A stretch of DNA of 33,791 bases, from assembly GCA_041746255.1 (NCBI GenBank), contig JBGTHM010000049.1, positions 1-33,791 on the forward strand, written 5' to 3'. The notes beneath the pieces are model-generated. The model saw nothing but the letters and a program-made list of their open reading frames with translations. It had not been told where the DNA came from and ran no database searches. Source of the stretch: Fibrobacteria bacterium (GTDB lineage Bacteria > Fibrobacterota > Fibrobacteria > UBA11236). Below are positions 17,766-27,442 of this stretch, one piece after another. Made by a program: the position numbers and the translations under genes. Every line of letters starts with the position of its first letter. The first letter of the stretch is position 1.

Positions 17766-19166
17766 ATGATTCTACGCGACAATACCCTTCCCAGAGCGAC
17801 GCTGGTGGAAAGCAAAAGCTTCGGCGAGGTTAATGAAATAATCTGTGCCCCAACGAATCCGGTCAGGACTCCCAAGACCTGGCATATTCTCTTTCTGGGC
17901 AGCCTCTCTCTTCTATGTCTACTGGGTGTCATGTTGGCTTACCTGGTGTGGGAGGGAACGGGTATCTGGGGCGTGAATATGCCTGTGGCTTGGGGATTTG
18001 CCATCGTCAATTTCGTTTGGTGGATCGGTATCGGTCATGCCGGAACCCTAATCAGCGCCATCCTATTCCTGTTCCGGCAAAAATGGCGTACGGGTATCAA
18101 CCGATTTGCCGAAGCCATGACCATATTCGCGGTTATGTGCGCCTTTATTTTTCCTTCCTTCCACGTAGGTCGAATTTGGGTAGCCTATTGGATGTTTCCG
18201 CTACCCAATTCCATGGGCATGTGGCCCAATTTTCGTAGCCCGCTTTTGTGGGATGTGTTCGCCGTCAGCACTTATTTTACCGTCTCCCTGCTTTTCTGGT
18301 ATGTCGGCTTGGTGCCCGATTTGGCGACTTTACGGGACAAGGCCACCTCCAAAATGAAAAAGGTTCTTTATGGGGTATTCGCTCTGGGATGGCGCGGCGC
18401 CAACCGGCATTGGCAGAATTACGAGCGTACCTACCTCATTCTCGCTGCCGTTTCTACCCCACTAGTGCTTTCGGTACACAGTATCGTAAGTTTTGACTTC
18501 GCCGTTTCGAATCTTCCGGGTTGGCATACAACCATATTCCCGCCCTATTTCGTCGCCGGTGCGGTTTTTTCGGGATTCGCCTTGGTGTCGACGCTGATGA
18601 TTATCGCCCGAAAGGTTTACGGGCTGGAAAAAGTCGTAACCATGCATCATCTCGATAACATGAATAAATTCATGTTGGCGACGGGCACTATCGTCGCTTA
18701 TGCCTATGCGATGGAGTTCTTCATCGCCTGGTATAGCGGCAATCCCTATGAACGGTTCGCCTTCATTAATCGAGCTCTCGGGCCTTATGGTTGGGCGTAT
18801 TGGATCATGGTCTCCTGTAATTGTATCGTACCTCAATTGTTCTGGTGGAAGAAAATCCGCTATAACCTGCTCATTACTTTTATCATTACGATTTTGATAA
18901 ATATCGGAATGTGGTTCGAACGCTTCGTAATCGTCATGACCTTGCATGCCGACTTTCTACCATCCTCGTGGGGATATTATCGACCTACCTGGGTAGATTG
19001 GTTGACTTTCTTGGGTACCTTCGGGCTTTTCGGAACCTTTTTCCTCTTGTTCCTTCGTTTCTTACCGACATTGGCGATTGCCGAGGTCAAGGGCGTCATG
19101 CCCGAAGCCAGTCCGCATCACGGACATCATCATCAAGAGGCGCTGACCAGCGGAGGGCAGCATTAA
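17766..19166 (+). CDS. actC: Alternative complex III subunit C (NrfD/PsrC-type quinol-binding)
   Basis: [49 protein letters not shown]. Confidence 0.96.
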   Translation: MILRDNTLPRATLVESKSFGEVNEIICAPTNPVRTPKTWHILFLGSLSLLCLLGVMLAYLVWEGTGIWGVNMPVAWGFAIVNFVWWIGIGHAGTLISAILFLFRQKWRTGINRFAEAMTIFAVMCAFIFPSFHVGRIWVAYWMFPLPNSMGMWPNFRSPLLWDVFAVSTYFTVSLLFWYVGLVPDLATLRDKATSKMKKVLYGVFALGWRGANRHWQNYERTYLILAAVSTPLVLSVHSIVSFDFAVSNLPGWHTTIFPPYFVAGAVFSGFALVSTLMIIARKVYGLEKVVTMHHLDNMNKFMLATGTIVAYAYAMEFFIAWYSGNPYERFAFINRALGPYGWAYWIMVSCNCIVPQLFWWKKIRYNLLITFIITILINIGMWFERFVIVMTLHADFLPSSWGYYRPTWVDWLTFLGTFGLFGTFFLLFLRFLPTLAIAEVKGVMPEASPHHGHHHQEALTSGGQH

Positions 19167-19167
19167 A

Positions 19168-19773
19168 ATGGAACACGCCAAACCATTAGGGATACACCAA
19201 TCTGCGGACGGTTCCAGGTTGGACGCGTCAGATTCGCAGATACCAGTCAAGCTGTTTGGAATGTTGGCTGAGTTCGCTTCGCCGGGCGAAATTTATGAGG
19301 CCGCGAAAAAAATCCGCGATGCCGGATATAAGCATTGGGATGTGCATAGCCCATTTCCGATTCACGGTATGGATAGGGCGATGGGTATAGGTCAGTCCAA
19401 GGTTGGCTTGATTGCCTGGGTGGGCGGGCTTTTAGGAGCCGGTGGTGGATTCACCCTGCAATATTGGGTCAGCGTCCACGCCAACCCATTCATTATAGCC
19501 GGAAAACCCTTCAATAGTTACCCGGCCTTTGTACCGGTAACTTTCGAGCCGGGAATCCTGCTTACCGCTTTTGGCGCCGTCTTTGGGATGTTTTTCCTGA
19601 ATCGGCTTCCAACGCTTTACCATGCCTTGTTTAAAAGCAAAAATTTCCATCGCTTTTCGAATGATGCTTTTTTCGTCAGCATCGAAGCGCGTGATCCAAA
19701 ATTTGATTTGCAGGCCACCGAAAAGCTGCTCACCGAAATCGGTGGCAAAAATATTGAAGTTGTGGAGGATTAA
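19168..19773 (+). CDS. actD: Alternative complex III subunit D (DUF3341)
   Basis: HSPFPIHGMD, IAGKP, PAFVPVTFE, two TM helices; position after actC. Confidence 0.93.
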   Translation: MEHAKPLGIHQSADGSRLDASDSQIPVKLFGMLAEFASPGEIYEAAKKIRDAGYKHWDVHSPFPIHGMDRAMGIGQSKVGLIAWVGGLLGAGGGFTLQYWVSVHANPFIIAGKPFNSYPAFVPVTFEPGILLTAFGAVFGMFFLNRLPTLYHALFKSKNFHRFSNDAFFVSIEARDPKFDLQATEKLLTEIGGKNIEVVED

Positions 19774-19776
19774 GCT

Positions 19777-20427
19777 TTGATTTCGCTCAAACTCCTATTT
19801 TGCATGTCGGCCGCCGGTTTATTATTACTGGGTTGCCGGGGTCAAGTTTCCGATAGCCCCCCCATCCACTTGAATCCAAATATGGATGATGTACCTCGTT
19901 TCGACCCATACGAAGAGAACCTGCTCTTCTCCGACCGACGGGCAATGCGGCCGCTAGTGGAAGGAACTGTCCCGAACCAATTGCAAAAGGATTTTGGGGG
20001 TTATTATGCAGACGCCGCCCTGAATCCTATTTTGGATAGAGATGATTCATTTTTCCAGGGTCATATCGATTCGCAATTTGTCCAAAAGTCTCCGCTGCGT
20101 ATCACTTCCGAATTGATGGATAGGGGGCAGAAGAAATATGAAATCTACTGCGGGGTATGCCATGGTCCGACAGGAGTAGGCAACGGTATCGTGGTAAAAA
20201 AGGGTTTTCTGCCTCCGCCCGATTTGGCGGACTCCAGGCTCTTGAACATGGCCGACGGGGAGATTTTTTCCGTCATAACGCATGGCGTTCGAAACATGCC
20301 CGCGTACGGCAAACAAATTACCCCTTCGGATAGGTGGGCCATTGTTGCGTATATGCGGGCGTTGCAGCGAGCGCGGAACGCGACCCTGGACGACGTTCCT
20401 TCTGATAAACGTAATCAACTGAATTGA
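19777..20427 (+). CDS. actE: Alternative complex III subunit E, monoheme cytochrome c lipoprotein
   Basis: Lipobox LLGC, PNMDD, VEGTV, CGVCHG, MPAYG, DRWAIVAY. Confidence 0.93.
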   Translation: MISLKLLFCMSAAGLLLLGCRGQVSDSPPIHLNPNMDDVPRFDPYEENLLFSDRRAMRPLVEGTVPNQLQKDFGGYYADAALNPILDRDDSFFQGHIDSQFVQKSPLRITSELMDRGQKKYEIYCGVCHGPTGVGNGIVVKKGFLPPPDLADSRLLNMADGEIFSVITHGVRNMPAYGKQITPSDRWAIVAYMRALQRARNATLDDVPSDKRNQLN

Positions 20428-20431
20428 TGGG

Positions 20432-21616
20432 ATGACCATGTCTGACAACACCTACCGCCTAAGCGGTAAACTGGCCGGAAGCGGGAAGATAGGTCTGGGA
20501 CTGGGTATAGTCGGTGCGCTTGGAAGCGTTCTGGCCTATTTCCAGGATTCCAAACAATTTTATTTCTCTTATTTGACGGCCTATTGTTTTTTCCTTTCCA
20601 TCGCTTTGGGAGCGCTCTTTTTCGTGATGATTCAACATTTGTCTCGGGCCGGATGGAGCGTTACGATTCGTCGTATCGCCGAAAACCTCGCAGCAAATCT
20701 GCCGTTGCTCGGCTTGCTTCTTATACCGTTGTTACCGGGAATAGGTGATTTATTCCATTGGTCACACGCAACGGTCGTTGCGGTCGATCCCCTTTTGCAA
20801 GAAAAATCCCCTTATCTGAATTCCCCCTTCTTCTTCCTTCGGTCCGCATTATTCGTGCTTATTTGGATTGGTCTAAGCCGCTATTTCCTGAAATCTTCCC
20901 TACGGCAGGACGTAACTGGTGACGCTTCGATATCAGAACGTATGTCCCGTTTGGCGGCTCCGGGATTGCTTTTATACGCCCTCACCGAAACATTTTTTGC
21001 GATTGATTGGATGATGTCCTTGGATGCGCACTGGTATTCGGCCATGTATGGCGTTTACTATTTTGCGGGATCGGCCGTGGCCATCATGGCTTCCCTAATC
21101 GTAATCGCATACATCCTACGAAAAGCGGGATTACTCCGTGACGTCATAAATATTGAGCATTATCATGACATGGGAAAGCTTCTATACGGCTTTAACATAT
21201 TCTGGGCCTATATCGGCTTTAGTCAGTTCATGTTGATCTGGTATGCCAATATTCCCGAAGAAACCGTCTTTTTCCTGCATCGCTCCGAAGGGGGATGGAA
21301 GGAATTCAGTTTACTGCTCCCCTGGGGACATTTCGCCATACCCTTTATCTTCCTCATGGCGCGAGGCGTTAAACGTCGCCTGCCGCTGCTTTTTGCAGGA
21401 GCGGTCTGGCTGCTGGTCATGCATTATGTCGATATTTATTGGTTGATCATGCCGAATCTCCACCATCATCTACACTTCCATTTTGCCGATGTTACCGCTT
21501 TCCTCTTTGTTGGAGGTCTGTTTCTGTTTTTTCTGGTCAATCGCATGAAAAAGCAGCCGCTTATCCCCATCAAGGATCCGCGTTTGCAGGAATGTTTGAA
21601 CTACGATAACGGGTAA
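20432..21616 (+). CDS. actF: Alternative complex III subunit F
   Basis: About 10 TM helices; AGWSVTIRR, DWMMSLDAHWYS, HYHDMGKLL, SQFMLIWYANIPEET. Confidence 0.94.
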   Translation: MTMSDNTYRLSGKLAGSGKIGLGLGIVGALGSVLAYFQDSKQFYFSYLTAYCFFLSIALGALFFVMIQHLSRAGWSVTIRRIAENLAANLPLLGLLLIPLLPGIGDLFHWSHATVVAVDPLLQEKSPYLNSPFFFLRSALFVLIWIGLSRYFLKSSLRQDVTGDASISERMSRLAAPGLLLYALTETFFAIDWMMSLDAHWYSAMYGVYYFAGSAVAIMASLIVIAYILRKAGLLRDVINIEHYHDMGKLLYGFNIFWAYIGFSQFMLIWYANIPEETVFFLHRSEGGWKEFSLLLPWGHFAIPFIFLMARGVKRRLPLLFAGAVWLLVMHYVDIYWLIMPNLHHHLHFHFADVTAFLFVGGLFLFFLVNRMKKQPLIPIKDPRLQECLNYDNG

Positions 21617-21620
21617 TTTC

Positions 21621-21995
21621 ATGAATACGCAATCCGAACACCACGAGCCCTCCTTTTATCGGGATACGAATGAGCCCCACTCCAAAACAATTTGGATTTA
21701 CGGCGCTTTAACTCTCTTGTTTTTGTTTATCGTTCAGGTAGTCGGCCACTTTGGATTCCTTTCCTCGAAAACCGGGGAAAATGCGCGTAAGCAGGAATCG
21801 GTGGGACTTTTGCGGGAAGTACAATTGATAAATTTGCAAGCGGCGGAACAGATGCAGGAGTATAAGTGGCTCGACAAGGGTAAGGGCATTGTCCAGATTC
21901 CGGTTAAGCGCGCCATGGATATTTTGGTCGAGGATGCCGGGAGGGTTCCGCCTTCGTCAAGAGCCGCGACTCACCCCGAAGGCGAAAACCAGTGA
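21621..21995 (+). CDS. ActG-like single-TM subunit
   Basis: Single TM helix, YKWLDKGKGIVQIPVKRAM motif, and position directly after actF. Confidence 0.65.
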   Translation: MNTQSEHHEPSFYRDTNEPHSKTIWIYGALTLLFLFIVQVVGHFGFLSSKTGENARKQESVGLLREVQLINLQAAEQMQEYKWLDKGKGIVQIPVKRAMDILVEDAGRVPPSSRAATHPEGENQ

Positions 21996-22900
21996 TGACT
22001 TTCAAAACCGGACATGGGGCAGGGGTCACATCCACTTGCTTTGGTGGCCAGCCCAGGCTTAGGATTTTCTTGTCATTGGTTGCGATGCTTCCTTCCATTG
22101 TACTCGCCCTTGGACCTGGTTCCAGGCCCGGTGAACTTTCAGAGCCCGGCGCCCCCGAGATCCTCAATGAAGTGGGAATAACGGAGCGACTTGAGGATAA
22201 AGTTTCGTTGGGCTTGGAGTTCCGTGACGAAAACGGGTTTTCCGTGCGGTTAAGCGAAATATTCTCATCCGGAAAACCCGTCTTATTAAACCTGGCTTAT
22301 TATGAATGTCCGATGCTTTGCAATTTGGTCATGAACGGGCTGCTCAATGGCATTAAAGGTTCGGGTTGGACCCCGGGGCAGGAATTCGAGGTGTTGACTC
22401 TAAGCATCGATCCCGAGGAAGGGCATGAGCTTGCTTCCGCCAAAAAGCAAACCTATATCGAGAATCTGGGGCTTTTAGGCGCCGAAAAGGGTTGGCATTT
22501 TTGGACCGGTTCCGACACGAATATCCGGGAATTGACCCGCCAAGTGGGCTTCGGATATGCTCTCGATTCCATCAGCGGTGAATACGCGCATGCGGCGGTA
22601 CTCATCACTTTATCGCCCACGGGTAAAATCACCCGTTACCTGTATGGCACCGAATACAAGGGAAAGGATTTACGACTGGCGCTCCTGGAGGCCAAGGATG
22701 AGAAGAGCACCTCCATAGGCGAGAAAATCCTGCTTTTGTGTTATAGTTACGACGCGAACAGCAATAGTTACGTTCTGCTCGCGCATAAATCGATGCGTGC
22801 GGCGGGATTTCTCTTCATGATTGGCATAGTCGGAGTGTTTGGATCGCTTTGGTATAAGGATGTCAAAAGAAAATCCACTAAAATCTCGGACGCGGCCTGA
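21995..22900 (+). CDS. SCO1/SenC family copper chaperone
   Basis: CPMLC (CxxxC), conserved His (EYAH), thioredoxin-like LSIDP, C-terminal TM. The ATG overlaps the previous stop (TGATG). Confidence 0.9.
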   Translation: MTFKTGHGAGVTSTCFGGQPRLRIFLSLVAMLPSIVLALGPGSRPGELSEPGAPEILNEVGITERLEDKVSLGLEFRDENGFSVRLSEIFSSGKPVLLNLAYYECPMLCNLVMNGLLNGIKGSGWTPGQEFEVLTLSIDPEEGHELASAKKQTYIENLGLLGAEKGWHFWTGSDTNIRELTRQVGFGYALDSISGEYAHAAVLITLSPTGKITRYLYGTEYKGKDLRLALLEAKDEKSTSIGEKILLLCYSYDANSNSYVLLAHKSMRAAGFLFMIGIVGVFGSLWYKDVKRKSTKISDAA

Positions 22901-22942
22901 GAATTTCACTAATTTGCATAACCCAGAATAAGCGGCAAGGAA

Positions 22943-23884
22943 ATGGACACCACTAAGACTTTTTGGCTTCCCACAAGGGCATCAACCTTCGTTGATGTCG
23001 TAGACCCTGCGTTCAACCTGGTCATGTGGATGTCGCTCTTTTTTCTTCTGGCCGTTACGGCCGGAGTGATCTATTTCGTAATCAAATTCCGTAGGAAGCA
23101 TCCGGATCAGATTGCGGCGGATCAAATCACGCACAATTTCCATCTGGAACTCTGGTGGACGATAATACCTGTTTTCATCGTACTGGTGCTTTTCTGGGTA
23201 GGTTTTCGCGGCTATCTGTACATGAGCATCGCGCCTCATAACGCCACGGAAATACGGGTAATCGGGCAAAAATGGAGTTGGATGTTCGAATATCCCTCCG
23301 GCGCCACCAGCGATACCCTGGTAGTTCCCTTGAATGAACCGGTCAAATTGTTAATGAGTTCTCGAGATATCCTACACTCTTTTTCGGTTCCGGCATTCCG
23401 AGTTAAGATGGATCTGATTCCAAACCGGTACACTTCCGTCTGGTTTGAAGCGACTACCCAAGGCGTGTTCCCAATCCGTTGTACGGAATATTGCGGAACC
23501 GGTCATTCGGAAATGCTGTCTGCGGTCAAAGTGGTCGATTATGCCGCATATGAAGAATGGTTGGTCAAAGCCGCCTCGGCGGGAGAAGGGTTGACGCCGG
23601 CCGAGTTCGGTCAAAAACTGTACGCCTCCAAAGGCTGTTCGGCCTGCCATAATATCGACGGCACCAGCCAAATAGGCCCACACTGGGATGGAAAATGGGG
23701 TACCCAGGTCAAGCTGGCTTCGGGCGAGTCCGTTTTATTTGATGAAAATTACGTCCGCAACTCCATACTCGATCCCCGTTCCCAGGTAACCGCAGGCTAC
23801 CAGCCGGTAATGCCGGCCTATAAGGGAATTATTACGGACGCGGAAATCGACGCCATAATCGCCTACTTCAAATCGCTGCAATAG
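22943..23884 (+). CDS. coxB: Cytochrome c oxidase subunit II with fused cytochrome c (caa3 type)
   Basis: Two TM helices, QKWSW, CuA ligands HSF and CTEYCGTGHSEM, C-terminal CSACH and MPAY. Confidence 0.96.
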   Translation: MDTTKTFWLPTRASTFVDVVDPAFNLVMWMSLFFLLAVTAGVIYFVIKFRRKHPDQIAADQITHNFHLELWWTIIPVFIVLVLFWVGFRGYLYMSIAPHNATEIRVIGQKWSWMFEYPSGATSDTLVVPLNEPVKLLMSSRDILHSFSVPAFRVKMDLIPNRYTSVWFEATTQGVFPIRCTEYCGTGHSEMLSAVKVVDYAAYEEWLVKAASAGEGLTPAEFGQKLYASKGCSACHNIDGTSQIGPHWDGKWGTQVKLASGESVLFDENYVRNSILDPRSQVTAGYQPVMPAYKGIITDAEIDAIIAYFKSLQ

Positions 23885-23914
23885 AGCGTTCAGGGAATAC
23901 CAAAGGGTTATATC

Positions 23915-25564
23915 ATGTCGCACGGTGAAAACATCAATTATCTCATAGCCCGCCGAGGCTTCTGGTCCTGGGTGATTACGCTCGACCACAAGCGCATTGG
24001 TCTTATGTACTTGGCAACCTCCTCCTTTTTCTTCATGATGGGGGGTATTTACGCCCTTCTGCTCCGATTCGAATTGCTGACGCCCACGAAATTATTTGTC
24101 GATGCAGACACCTATAATCAACTTTTCTCGCTCCATGGCATCATCATGGTGTTTTTATTCATCATACCGGCCATACCGGCCGCCATGGGAAATTTCATTA
24201 TGCCTATGCAATTGGGTGCAATGGATGTCGCTTTTCCGCGATTGAATCTTTTCAGCTATTACCTCTACGCCACTGGCGCCCTGATGATACTTTTCGCCAT
24301 CTTCTTCATGCCCGGTCTCGTTGATACAGGCTGGACATTTTACGCGCCTTATTCCATCGCCCAAAATCCCAGCGTCGTTATGGTTGCCTTGGCGATCTTT
24401 ATAATGGGCTTTTCCAGCATTCTCACGGGCTTGAACTTCATTGTAACCATACATACCTTACGCGCGCCCGGACTCACCTGGTTCCGCCTGCCCTTGTTCG
24501 TCTGGGCCCTTTACGCAACTTCCGTCATTCAGGTTTTGGCCACTCCGGTTTTGGCCATTACTTTGGCACTGGTCGCCGTGGAAAACTTTTTTGGAGTGGG
24601 GATTTTCGACCCGGCCTTAGGAGGGGACCCGGTATTGTTTCAGCATTTTTTCTGGTTCTATTCCCATCCAGCCGTGTATATCATGATTGTTCCCGCCTTC
24701 GGAATTATTTCCGAACTTATAACCGCTTTCTCCAAGCGCGATATATTCGGGTACAGATTCATCGCTTTTTCCTCCATCGCCATCGCGCTTATCGGATTTC
24801 TGGTATGGGGTCACCATATGTTTGTAGCCGGACAATCCCTATTTGCCGGCATGATATTTTCATTCCTGACTTTTTTCGTGGGAATTCCTACTGCGGTGAA
24901 AATTTTCAATTGGATGGCCACCTTATATAAGGGTTCCATCGAGCTGAAAACTCCCATGCTATATGTCTTGGCTTTTCTTTTTCTCTTTACGGTGGGAGGA
25001 CTTACTGGCATTATGCTGGGAATGGTGTCCGTGGATATCCATTTGCATGACACCTATTTCGTGGTGGCCCATTTCCACTATGTCATGATGGGAGGTAACG
25101 TCATCGCCTTTTTGGGAGGAGTGCACTATTGGTGGCCCAAAATGACTGGAAAAATGTACAGTGAATTTTGGGGTAGGCTTTCCGCCAGTTTGATTTTTAT
25201 CGGCTTCAACGTGACTTTTTTCATGCAATTCGTGATGGGTTCATTGGGTATGCCCCGTCGTTATTACAGCTACGACCCGGAATTTCAAATCTACCATGTC
25301 ATTTCCACGGTAGGGTCCTGGATTGTCGGAGTCGGTCTTTTCATGGCCCTTTTCAATCTTCTGCTTTCACTCCGCTCCGGAAATAACGCTCCCGCCAATC
25401 CATGGGGCGCCAAAACCTTGGAATGGCAGTCCGCTTCTCCGCCACCGGTTTTGAATTTCGAGGAGCCGGAAAAGGTAATTGTTGTAACGGGTCCATACGC
25501 ATTTGATTCGGATAAAAGCCGCATTTCCAACGGTACGAAGACTTACCAGTCGGAGAAGGTCTAA
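23915..25564 (+). CDS. coxA: Cytochrome c oxidase subunit I, A2 type
   Basis: [54 protein letters not shown]. Confidence 0.97.
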   Translation: MSHGENINYLIARRGFWSWVITLDHKRIGLMYLATSSFFFMMGGIYALLLRFELLTPTKLFVDADTYNQLFSLHGIIMVFLFIIPAIPAAMGNFIMPMQLGAMDVAFPRLNLFSYYLYATGALMILFAIFFMPGLVDTGWTFYAPYSIAQNPSVVMVALAIFIMGFSSILTGLNFIVTIHTLRAPGLTWFRLPLFVWALYATSVIQVLATPVLAITLALVAVENFFGVGIFDPALGGDPVLFQHFFWFYSHPAVYIMIVPAFGIISELITAFSKRDIFGYRFIAFSSIAIALIGFLVWGHHMFVAGQSLFAGMIFSFLTFFVGIPTAVKIFNWMATLYKGSIELKTPMLYVLAFLFLFTVGGLTGIMLGMVSVDIHLHDTYFVVAHFHYVMMGGNVIAFLGGVHYWWPKMTGKMYSEFWGRLSASLIFIGFNVTFFMQFVMGSLGMPRRYYSYDPEFQIYHVISTVGSWIVGVGLFMALFNLLLSLRSGNNAPANPWGAKTLEWQSASPPPVLNFEEPEKVIVVTGPYAFDSDKSRISNGTKTYQSEKV

Positions 25565-26223
25565 TGAGCACCACGTCCACCCGCCCCGGCAAGGGCATTA
25601 TCCACCAAACCGCCCATCATTTCCCCTCGGCGGATGCGCAATTCGATGCGGCGAAGCTGGGAATGTGGATTTTTCTAGTTACCGAAGTTTTGTTCTTCGG
25701 TGGCCTTTTTTGCGCCTATGTTATTTACCGCGCCTGGTTTCCCGATATGTATGCGGAAGTTGCGGCCCATTTGGATTGGCGTTTGGGCGCCCTGAATACA
25801 CTGGTGCTCATCACCTCCTCCTATACCATGGTAAGTGCCGTTCGCAATGCCCAGCTTTCCGATCATAAATGGCTTTGGCGAAATCTAGCGCTTACCTTGA
25901 TTTTGGCCGGGGTATTCCTGGTGGTCAAATATTTCGAATATTCTTCGAAAGTTCATCACGGTTTGCTCCCTGGTGAATTCTTCACCGCCGAGGGATTTCA
26001 GCACAATACGGCGCATATTTTTATCGGACTTTATTTTATGATGACCGGATTGCATGGAATTCACGTCCTTATCGGCATGTTCCTAATCGGTTGGCTGATT
26101 ATACAGGCGCGCAAGCAACGTTTCGGCGCCGAATACTATACTCCGGTGGAAACGGTCGGTCTTTACTGGCACCTTGTGGATATGATTTGGATTTTCCTTT
26201 TCCCACTACTTTATCTCATTTGA
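25564..26223 (+). CDS. coxC: Cytochrome c oxidase subunit III
   Basis: GMWIFLVTEVLFFGGLF, LITSS, TGLHGIHV, YWHLVDMIW; TAATG overlap with coxA. Confidence 0.96.
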   Translation: MSTTSTRPGKGIIHQTAHHFPSADAQFDAAKLGMWIFLVTEVLFFGGLFCAYVIYRAWFPDMYAEVAAHLDWRLGALNTLVLITSSYTMVSAVRNAQLSDHKWLWRNLALTLILAGVFLVVKYFEYSSKVHHGLLPGEFFTAEGFQHNTAHIFIGLYFMMTGLHGIHVLIGMFLIGWLIIQARKQRFGAEYYTPVETVGLYWHLVDMIWIFLFPLLYLI

Positions 26224-26233
26224 GGCGAACGCA

Positions 26234-26689
26234 ATGAAAGTCACCAAGACAGCGATAGGCGATACCCATCAGCATGGCGGACATGGAACGCATCATGTAT
26301 TGTCCAGCCAGTCCCTGATTTTCACTTTTGGAGCCTTATTATTGCTTACTGCCTTTACGGTTTGGACGGCCCGAATCGATTTTGCGGAATTCAACCACTA
26401 TTTTCTTCCGCTTCAGGTGGATTTGGGACCCATCAATATTATTTTAGCCATGGCCATCGCATCGGTGAAAACCGTGCTGGTGGGGGCTTTTTTTATGGGG
26501 TTACGCCATGAAAAACCTTTCTTCGTCCTTACTTTCATCTCCTCCTTCGTCTTCCTCGGGATTTTCATGCTGTATACCCTGTCCGATACTCTCTACCGTG
26601 GCTCACTGGATGCCCGTGAAGGAGAGCGGCTGGAATTCGAGTCACCCGTAAAAGTGGCTCCGGAGGGGACTACCCCTACGGCCCACTAA
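26234..26689 (+). CDS. Cytochrome c oxidase subunit IV (caa3-type)
   Basis: His-rich N-terminus, LLLLTAFTV, IASVKTVLVGAFFMGLR motif, three TM helices. Confidence 0.88.
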   Translation: MKVTKTAIGDTHQHGGHGTHHVLSSQSLIFTFGALLLLTAFTVWTARIDFAEFNHYFLPLQVDLGPINIILAMAIASVKTVLVGAFFMGLRHEKPFFVLTFISSFVFLGIFMLYTLSDTLYRGSLDAREGERLEFESPVKVAPEGTTPTAH

Positions 26690-26693
26690 ATCC

Positions 26694-27341
26694 ATGTTTG
26701 GAATTAAACGTAAGGGCCCAGGCCTTCCCATCCTGATTTTTCTCAGCATCATCACCTTTTTCGGATCCGGCGCCGCTTATGTATTTTTAATTCAATTCCG
26801 CCATTTCCGTTCCTTCGTTTCGTCTGAGCCGACTTTTACCGCACCATCCTACTCCCTTTACGAGGGCCAAGCTGCCCTTGAAAAGGTCAACCGGTTCGTA
26901 GCGGATGAAGGAGGCGATACGCTAGCCCTTAGCGCGGATGAATTGAACGCCATGATGTTGCTCAGCCAGTCCCTCGAAAAACTCAATTACGGATATGCGC
27001 TGGATTTCCAAGACAGCACTTTCACGGCACGGGCTTCGGTACCACTTGTTGATTTGCAATCGCAACTTTCCGGGTTCATCCGACTTCTCAACCTTTCCGG
27101 TTATGTTAATTCGGAGCTGATTGGATATCCGCGGCTACAGGATGGTAAGCTTGAGCTTATTCCGGTAGCGGCAAGGATGAACGATCGCGAAGCCCCGATT
27201 AATGCATTAATAAAGCAAGGATACGTGAATATTGGCGACCTTGCCGACGACAAGGAGGCATATGCAAACTTTCTCAGCCGACTGGACGATGTACTGATCC
27301 GATCCGGCTCTTTGTTGTTTATTCGAAACTCCCGTTCCTAA
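26694..27341 (+). CDS. Hypothetical membrane-anchored protein at the end of the act-cox operon
   Basis: One N-terminal TM helix followed by a soluble domain; starts 4 nt after the subunit IV stop. Confidence 0.75.
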   Translation: MFGIKRKGPGLPILIFLSIITFFGSGAAYVFLIQFRHFRSFVSSEPTFTAPSYSLYEGQAALEKVNRFVADEGGDTLALSADELNAMMLLSQSLEKLNYGYALDFQDSTFTARASVPLVDLQSQLSGFIRLLNLSGYVNSELIGYPRLQDGKLELIPVAARMNDREAPINALIKQGYVNIGDLADDKEAYANFLSRLDDVLIRSGSLLFIRNSRS

Positions 27342-27375
27342 AGGCTTTCCTTCGTTCCAGAGGGCAGGCTTTTCC
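27341..27375 (+). terminator. Possible terminator of the act-cox operon
   Basis: Imperfect stem GCTT-T-CCTTC / GAGGG-C-AGGC followed by TTTT, right after the last gene. Confidence 0.4.
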
Positions 27376-27442
27376 GAGACTCCCGCAAAATCTATTTTCC
27401 TACGCGGTACCACTCGCTTCCGGTAGGAGGCGCCTTACCGCC

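Noticed and set aside
19110..19135. His-rich tail of ActC (and His-rich ends of ActF and subunit IV) as a novel metal-binding system
   Set aside because: Short His-rich termini are common in these subunits, and nothing else supports a separate function.
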